Positions 26,527 through 32,000 of a stretch of DNA of 32,000 nucleotides are shown piece by piece. The DNA lies in assembly GCF_006542665.1 (NCBI RefSeq), contig NZ_AP019735.1, positions 856,244 through 888,243 on the forward strand, in the 5' to 3' direction. Made by a program: the position numbers and the translations under genes. The DNA is from Alistipes communis. GTDB taxonomy: Bacteria; Bacteroidota; Bacteroidia; Bacteroidales; Rikenellaceae. Position 1 is the stretch's first letter, and each line of letters opens with the position of its first letter. A model generated the notes under the pieces. It did no database searches and was not told the origin of the DNA. It saw only the letters and a program-made list of their open reading frames with translations.

Positions 26527-27939
26527 CTATTCGACGTCGCATTCGTATTGCAGGATCGACGCCAGTCGGTTGCCCGACGCAGCTGACGTATGGGTCGCAA
26601 TGCCCAGATAGAGCTTCCGCCCCTGTTTGAGCTGCATCCCCTCGCCTTCGCAATAGCAGTTCTTCGCATCGAGCAACGTGCTCAGGCTCGGGAAGTCGGA
26701 GCAGGCGGCCACCCGCGTGCGGGGGCAGACCAGTTTGCCGGTATAGTCGAACACGGCCACATAGGCCACCGAACCGTCGTACAACTCGCCCGTCTGCTGG
26801 ATCGCCTGTCCTTCGTACCAATAAACGTAGTCGCCCCACACGGCCTGTCCCTGGTGGCTGTACGAATAGACCTGGTGCGTCTGGCCCGTATTGAGATAGC
26901 TGGGCAGACGGAACGATCCGAGCGGCGTCAGGCGGTTGAGATTGCGTACCTCGACCGAGGTCGTCTCGGTCTTCTTCTCGGTGACGCCCTCGGCAGCCGT
27001 TTCACCACCCCACGTGCGGGTGATCTCTACCGTCTCCTTGCCGAGCGCCAGCACGGCGTCGAGGTCGTAGATCACATTGTGGCGCATGTCCGTCGTGCGG
27101 CAGCCGATAAGCAGACGGCGGTTCACAAAGTCGATCGAAGGTTGCACGTCGCGCACCGTCCACGTCGTACCCGCGGCGTCGACATACTCGCTCATGTAGA
27201 ACGTGTCGCCGGCGTAGTGGCTCAGCACCGCGCCCTTCTGGTAGCGGATGCGCGAGAAGGTGAGGTTGTTGGTGTAGTCCGTTCCCGAAAGCGTACCGTT
27301 GGAGTTCACCCACACGTAGTCGCCGTCGTCGGCCCGCTCGGCCACGAGCAGCGTGCCATGACCGAACCATTGGAGTTTCATGTAGTCGTCCGACGGGGCT
27401 TCGTTGCGTTTCTGGCGTCCCAGCGCCACCATCCACCTGTTGCCGGTCTTCGTGTCGCCGACGCTCTGCGTGTAATAGATGTAGCCGTTCTCGTCGTAAA
27501 AGTCGAAGCACTGCATGATCGTTCCCTTGTAGGGCAGCTGATTGCTCGAAAAGATCATCTGCTGCGACAGCCCCTCCGACAGGGCCGCCGTCGGATCGGG
27601 CAGCGACGAGGTGCTCTCCACCACCGAAACCAGGCACCGCGCCAACCGGTTGTCGCCGTAGAAGGCGCGTACCTCGGTCGAACCGGCACTGACGCCCGTC
27701 ACCACTCCCGACTGGTCGACGGTGGCCACCCGTTCGTCGACCGATTTCCATTCGTATTGTACGTCGTCGTAGAAGGGATCGGAGATCGGCACGAGACGGT
27801 AGCTCTTCCCGATACCGAGCGTGATGCTGTTGGGTTCGAAACGCAGGGAGTACATCACGAGCTCCTTGTCGTCGTCGCTGCAACCGATCGCTGCGAAGAG
27901 CGTCGCCAGCAGCAAAACCATGCGATTGATCGTTTTCAT
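26527..27939 (-). CDS. Surface lipoprotein: Big_2-type Ig-like domain plus a putative helveticin-J/TagC-like beta-propeller domain
   Basis: 470 aa. Lipobox LFAAIGC. The Ig-like segment is ITLGIGKSYRLVPISDP...ATVDQSGVVTGVSAGSTEVRA. Downstream motifs TIMQCFDFYDENGYIYYTQ, HNVIYDLDAVLAL and EGEGMQLKQGRKLYLGIATH resemble, from memory, the helveticin J / TagC / phage RBP propeller family. Not verified by search. Confidence 0.7.
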   Translation of the reverse strand: MKTINRMVLLLATLFAAIGCSDDDKELVMYSLRFEPNSITLGIGKSYRLVPISDPFYDDVQYEWKSVDERVATVDQSGVVTGVSAGSTEVRAFYGDNRLARCLVSVVESTSSLPDPTAALSEGLSQQMIFSSNQLPYKGTIMQCFDFYDENGYIYYTQSVGDTKTGNRWMVALGRQKRNEAPSDDYMKLQWFGHGTLLVAERADDGDYVWVNSNGTLSGTDYTNNLTFSRIRYQKGAVLSHYAGDTFYMSEYVDAAGTTWTVRDVQPSIDFVNRRLLIGCRTTDMRHNVIYDLDAVLALGKETVEITRTWGGETAAEGVTEKKTETTSVEVRNLNRLTPLGSFRLPSYLNTGQTHQVYSYSHQGQAVWGDYVYWYEGQAIQQTGELYDGSVAYVAVFDYTGKLVCPRTRVAACSDFPSLSTLLDAKNCYCEGEGMQLKQGRKLYLGIATHTSAASGNRLASILQYECDVE

Positions 27940-27976
27940 CGTTTTATATCTGGTTTTTTCATTCGACGTTACCGGA

Positions 27977-27999
27977 CGGAGCGGAACCGGTCCGCTCCG
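27977..27999 (-). other. Perfect 9-bp GC-rich intergenic hairpin without a U-tract between the two lipoprotein genes
   Basis: CGGAGCGGA (27977-27985), loop ACCGG, TCCGCTCCG (27991-27999). Confidence 0.5.
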
Positions 28000-28011
28000 C
28001 CCGGACGTTTG

Positions 28012-29340
28012 TTATTCGGGAAGCGACACCTTGACGATCCCTTTGAGCCGTTCGGAGCCTGTCTTGGAGATGGTGTAAGTAGTGGCCGAAGCGTTCAGGC
28101 GAATGTCGAGCGAGACGCGCAGACGCACGTAGAACAGGCCGTCGGTCACGGAACACCCTTCGACGGGGAAGGTATAGCTGGCCCAACCGCATGCAGGCGT
28201 CTTGTCGTTGGGAAGCGCCTGGTCGGTCATCACCGTATAGTGCGCCGGCCCCGTCGACCCGTCGACTCCCGTGACGGTTTCGGCGCCTTCGGCCAGGAAC
28301 CAGTTCGTCCCGTCGGCCGAATACTCCAACGCATAGTAGCGTGCGCCCGACCCCGAACAGCCGACGGCCGCCTCGAAAGCGATGCGCGTTCCCTCTTTGA
28401 GGTTCTTCACAGGGAAGGCCATGAGCCAATAGTCGTCCTTCTGCAACCCCTTCATGTAGCAGTGGCCTTCGCCGTAGCCCCAACCGCTGGCCGTCGAGCA
28501 GACGACGGTGAGATAGCCGCCGCGATCGCTCCAATCGAGATACTTGTGGTCGGTCGAAGGGGCAGAATCCTCGCAGGGATACTGCGAACCGGCTCCCCAA
28601 CTGTAATTGTGCGGATCCGCCATCAACGTCGGTTTGCTCTCGGACGAAAAATCCCACCAGACGGGGAATCCGCCGACGATCGACGAGGGATCGGCCACGA
28701 CGGTACTCTTGACCGTGCCTTTCGACTCGCCGTCGACGAGCAGTTCGAAGAAGACTTCGCCCGTCTGCGCCGGCACGCCGGTCACAGGCATCGTAATCGT
28801 GCCGCTGCCCTTCTGGAACTTATCGAACGTGCAGTCGGCCGCCACGAGTCCCTCCGAAGCGCCCGTCATCCGGCAGCTCAGAGCAACGGATTCGTCGCCG
28901 TTGGCGTTCGCATAAGCGAGGATCAGCGTGAAATCGCTCTCGACACCCCGCACCAGCGTGCCCGCCGACGAGAGTGCTCCGTAGGCGAAGTCGCAGGCAC
29001 CCTGCGTGATATGGATAGGATAGGCGTGTCCGGCGAAATCGATATAGATCGTACCCGTGCGCTCGCCGCCCCGGTTGTAGGCCACGCCGACCGTAATGAA
29101 GTCCAATTCGCCGTTGCCGACGCCGCTGTCGGGCGTGACGGCGATCCAGTCGTCGTTGCCGTCGTAGTCGATGCTCCACGCGCCGTCGCATTGGAGGCTC
29201 TGCTCGACCGTCTGTTCGTTACAGTCGAAAGTAAGGTAATCGTTCTCGCGGGCGAAAAAGGGATCGTCGTCGGAAGAACACGCCGCAAAGAACGCAGCCG
29301 AAGCGGCGACCGCCAGCCCGATTTTATGGAATAGGTTCAT
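28012..29340 (-). CDS. BACON domain-containing surface lipoprotein (SusE/F-position putative glycan-binding protein)
   Basis: 442 aa. Lipobox FFAAC. BACON-like segment LTFDCNEQTVEQSLQCDGAWSIDYDGNDDWIAVTPDSGVGNGELDFITVGVAYNRGGERTGTIYIDFAGHAYPIHITQ. This is followed by Ig-like and beta-sandwich-like regions. Lies immediately downstream of susD. Confidence 0.75.
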   Translation of the reverse strand: MNLFHKIGLAVAASAAFFAACSSDDDPFFARENDYLTFDCNEQTVEQSLQCDGAWSIDYDGNDDWIAVTPDSGVGNGELDFITVGVAYNRGGERTGTIYIDFAGHAYPIHITQGACDFAYGALSSAGTLVRGVESDFTLILAYANANGDESVALSCRMTGASEGLVAADCTFDKFQKGSGTITMPVTGVPAQTGEVFFELLVDGESKGTVKSTVVADPSSIVGGFPVWWDFSSESKPTLMADPHNYSWGAGSQYPCEDSAPSTDHKYLDWSDRGGYLTVVCSTASGWGYGEGHCYMKGLQKDDYWLMAFPVKNLKEGTRIAFEAAVGCSGSGARYYALEYSADGTNWFLAEGAETVTGVDGSTGPAHYTVMTDQALPNDKTPACGWASYTFPVEGCSVTDGLFYVRLRVSLDIRLNASATTYTISKTGSERLKGIVKVSLPE

Positions 29341-29370
29341 GGATGTTCGGTTTTAAGGATTAAACGCAGA

Positions 29371-31164
29371 CTACCATTCGGGGTTTTGCGTGAGGTTGGG
29401 ATTCTCCTGCAAAGCGGTAGTCGGAATCGGTTTTACATACTTATAGTCGTGCCACTTGCGCTCGATGGCCGTAGCGGGCAGAATATTGCCCGACGTACCC
29501 TGCGAAAGCTTGTGCCCCGCTTCGGAAGCGCCGTCGATGAAAAGGATTTTGAGCGGCGACTTGTTGTTGGGGTCCGACGTGACGATGCAGTCGTTGACGC
29601 CGTCGCCGTTGAGGTCGATCGGTGTCTCCGACGCCGCGATCCAGATGCCTTTCCACGGCCGCGCGAACAACTCGCCCTGATGCCAACGGATGATGTCGTC
29701 GTAACGTACGTTTTCCATCGTAAGTTCGATGCCCCGTTCGCGGCGCACCTCCAGGATGAAAGGATCGGTCACCTGATTCTGGAAATACTCGACCATGTAG
29801 GGATCGGCCGTCGTGGGATAGATGCTCGTCACTCCCGCACGTTCGCGCAGCGGCTTGATCGTCTTGTTCCACACTTCCTCCGACATTTCGTTCAGTTCGG
29901 CCTTCGCTTCGGCATAGTTGAGCAGCACCTCGGCGTAGCGCATCAACGGCACGTCGTTGTCGCACTTGGAGGTGTTCGTATCCTTCGACGAATCGTCGGT
30001 GAGCCACTTGATCGGTTGATAGCCCGTTTTCGAGAAGGTCACGTCGGGAGCCCACTGCGTCGTGCCGCCGTCGCGCGTGAAACCCGGCGTGCGGATCGTC
30101 TGCGCGAGACGGTAGTCGCGGCCGCTACACTCGGTCGTGAAATCGACGCTGTCGTAATCGGGATATTTGTCGGTGAACGGCGTACCGTCGGTCATCAGAT
30201 AGGTGTTGATGAACTGCCGCGTGAAGGCGTAGTTGGCATACTGTTGATTGATGAAATAGGAGTTCATGTAATGGGTCACGTTCAGCTCCGAATCGTAGTT
30301 GCGCGCCCAGATGATCTCGTTGGCGTAGGCCGTCGTGGCGTTGCTCTCGATGAACATCGCACGGTACTGCGTGCGGCGGTCGGCGGCATTGTCGGTCAAA
30401 TGGTAGACGCCGTCGCCTATGATCGCCTCGCACGCCTTGACGCACTCGCCGAGGTACATCGCACTCTCGTCCGACTGCCACGGCCGGCCCGTCGAGGGAT
30501 CGAGCGTGTGGTATTTGCGCATCGTCCCCTCGTAGAGGCAGAAACGCGCTTTGAGCGCGAGGGCCACGTAACGATGGATGTACGACGCCTGGTTGCGGTA
30601 GGAAGCCGCCGTCGAGCAGTAGGTGCAGGCGTAGTCGAGATCTGCGAGAATCTTGCGGCAGACGTATTCGCGGTTGTCGCGATCCTTGAAGAGCGCCTCC
30701 TGGTCGGTCGCCTCGATCGATTTCTCGTACCAGGGCACGGCACCGAAGGTACGCACCTTGGCGTAATAGAACAGCGCGCGGAAGAAACGCCCCACACCCT
30801 CGTAGTGGTTCAACACAGCTTCCGGTGCGTCGGCCTTGCGCATATTGTCGAGATAGAAGTTGATCGAACGCAGCTGCGACCAGTTGCTCGTCCCCCAGTT
30901 CGACGCATCGGAGGCCGAATAGTTGTCCTTGAAATAGGCCGCCGCACCGTCCCATGCGTGTGTATCGGCGTTCTTGTCGCCGTTGACGAAGTTCTTGATG
31001 CCCGTGGCGAAACTCCGCGTCAGACCGTTGGCATAGATTTCCAGCGACGATTCGTCTTTGAAGTAGTATTCGCTCTCGATCTTGTTGGGGTTCTCCTGTG
31101 TCAGGAAATCCTCGCACGCGCAGAACAAAACGCATGCGAACAGGATTGCAATGTATTTTTTCAT
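29371..31164 (-). CDS. susD: SusD/RagB family nutrient-binding outer-membrane lipoprotein
   Basis: 597 aa. Lipoprotein signal MKKYIAILFACVLFCAC. SusD-like TPR core (YFLRALFYYAKVRTFGAVPW-type segment, LMRYAEVLLNYAEAKAELN). Directly follows a TonB-dependent receptor gene. Confidence 0.9.
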   Translation of the reverse strand: MKKYIAILFACVLFCACEDFLTQENPNKIESEYYFKDESSLEIYANGLTRSFATGIKNFVNGDKNADTHAWDGAAAYFKDNYSASDASNWGTSNWSQLRSINFYLDNMRKADAPEAVLNHYEGVGRFFRALFYYAKVRTFGAVPWYEKSIEATDQEALFKDRDNREYVCRKILADLDYACTYCSTAASYRNQASYIHRYVALALKARFCLYEGTMRKYHTLDPSTGRPWQSDESAMYLGECVKACEAIIGDGVYHLTDNAADRRTQYRAMFIESNATTAYANEIIWARNYDSELNVTHYMNSYFINQQYANYAFTRQFINTYLMTDGTPFTDKYPDYDSVDFTTECSGRDYRLAQTIRTPGFTRDGGTTQWAPDVTFSKTGYQPIKWLTDDSSKDTNTSKCDNDVPLMRYAEVLLNYAEAKAELNEMSEEVWNKTIKPLRERAGVTSIYPTTADPYMVEYFQNQVTDPFILEVRRERGIELTMENVRYDDIIRWHQGELFARPWKGIWIAASETPIDLNGDGVNDCIVTSDPNNKSPLKILFIDGASEAGHKLSQGTSGNILPATAIERKWHDYKYVKPIPTTALQENPNLTQNPEW

Positions 31165-31182
31165 AATGCTCTTCCTCCCTAA

Positions 31183-32000
31183 TTAGAATGTGATGTTGAC
31201 GCCCAGCGTCACGCTTTTGAGCACGGGATAGGTATATCCGTCGCCGGCCGTCGAAGAGAAATCGGTGTCGTATCCCAGTGCTTCGGGGTCGAAGTTGGGG
31301 GCGTATTTATGCAGCGGCGTGAAGGTGAAGAGATTCTCGCCCGACAGGTAAATCTTCAACCCGCCCAAACGGATCTTCTGGCACAGCGCCTTAGGGAAGG
31401 TGTAGTCGACCTGGATATTCTTCACGCGCAGGTAGGCCGCGTTTTGCTTGTAACGGGTATTGGGAATTTCGAGCAGTTTGGTCCACGAATAGGAACTGTT
31501 CGACTGGTAGGTCGTCATGCGCGGCCAATAAGCCGTATCCCAGTTGTTCTTCTCCTCGCTGTACATGTCGTCCGTATAATTGTGAATGCCCAGTACCCAC
31601 ATGAACGGACGGGCGTACTTGCCCCAGAAATAACCCGAATCGGGCGAGGGGTACCAGTCACGCTTCATCACGCCTTGCAGGAAGACCGACAGTCCGATGC
31701 CGTTCCAGTTGGCCGCCAGATTGACGCCGAACATGTAGTGCGGATTGATGTTGCCGATGATCGACAGGTCGCCGTGATCGTCGGCGGTGAAAGCGCCGGG
31801 ATCGATGTTGCCGTTATGATCGAGATCGGCGATCTTGACCTGCCCGGGGCGCGTCACCTTGTCCGACGCCTGCGTGAAGTCGTGCGTGGCCGAGGAGTCG
31901 ATGTCGGCCTGATCGCGGAACAGCCCGGCTACGGTATACCCCCACATCTCGCCCAGCTCCATGCCTTCGTAGAAGTCCGAGGGCGAACCGCCGTTCTGGA
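31183..32000 (-). CDS. susC: SusC/RagA family TonB-dependent receptor, C-terminal ~272 codons (5' end beyond the window)
   Basis: The frame is open to the right edge. The C-terminus ...GYDTDFSSTAGDGYTYPVLKSVTLGVNITF ends in the terminal aromatic residue typical of the TonB-dependent beta-barrel. Paired with susD 18 nt downstream. Confidence 0.9.
   Translation of the reverse strand, partial: QNGGSPSDFYEGMELGEMWGYTVAGLFRDQADIDSSATHDFTQASDKVTRPGQVKIADLDHNGNIDPGAFTADDHGDLSIIGNINPHYMFGVNLAANWNGIGLSVFLQGVMKRDWYPSPDSGYFWGKYARPFMWVLGIHNYTDDMYSEEKNNWDTAYWPRMTTYQSNSSYSWTKLLEIPNTRYKQNAAYLRVKNIQVDYTFPKALCQKIRLGGLKIYLSGENLFTFTPLHKYAPNFDPEALGYDTDFSSTAGDGYTYPVLKSVTLGVNITF

Noticed and set aside
26590-31182. 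914-aa and 598-aa plus-strand ORFs across the lipoprotein and susD genes.
   Set aside because: They are antisense to genes with clear lipoprotein signals and SusD/BACON features. The translations are R, V, D, G-rich with no domain signatures.

Overview
The window looks like a high-GC Bacteroidota chromosome, Bacteroidales or Alistipes-like. This rests on SusC/SusD genes, repeated TAnnTTTG -7 promoter boxes, missing Shine-Dalgarno sequences and BACON lipoproteins. All taxonomic and family calls come from reading the translations; no database was searched.

Gene content, left to right:
- 1-11.8 kb, minus strand: the conserved supercluster tRNA-Thr, tRNA-Tyr, tRNA-Gly, tuf, tRNA-Trp, secE, nusG, rplK, rplA, rplJ, rplL, rpoB, rpoC. 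rpoC runs off the left edge.
- 11.8-12.7 kb: a gene-free region of about 0.9 kb, dense in repeats and hairpins.
- 12.7-15.7 kb: a GNAT acetyltransferase, a NUDIX hydrolase, and a secreted metallophosphoesterase fused to a PQQ-like beta-propeller.
- 15.9-22.6 kb: an L-rhamnose catabolic operon (rhaB, rhaA, fucO, rhaT, rhaD) with a divergent AraC-type regulator.
- 22.6-26.3 kb: L-serine dehydratase, a dihydroorotate-dehydrogenase-like gene and an S1/P1 nuclease.
- 26.5-32 kb: the 3' part of a SusC/SusD locus with two unusual lipoproteins and no visible glycoside hydrolase.

No CRISPR array, transposase, integrase or rRNA was seen.

Most interesting observations:
1. A composite intergenic repeat family has copies at about 12.28-12.69 kb and 22.86-23.06 kb, plus a diverged inverted copy at 26.39-26.51 kb. 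Its stem-loops carry compensatory substitutions between copies. Each copy ends in a consensus Bacteroidetes promoter placed 4-5 nt before the start codon of an unrelated gene.
2. A SusCD-linked lipoprotein combines an Ig-like domain with what resembles a helveticin-J / TagC / phage receptor-binding beta-propeller.
3. Three RNA-level features sit in the translation supercluster: mutually exclusive hairpins between rplL and rpoB, a 12-bp helix bracketing tRNA-Gly, and a tRNA-Gly with an A19:U56 elbow pair.

Many long ORFs in the supplied track are stop-free antisense or alternative-frame shadows typical of high-GC3 genes and were rejected.
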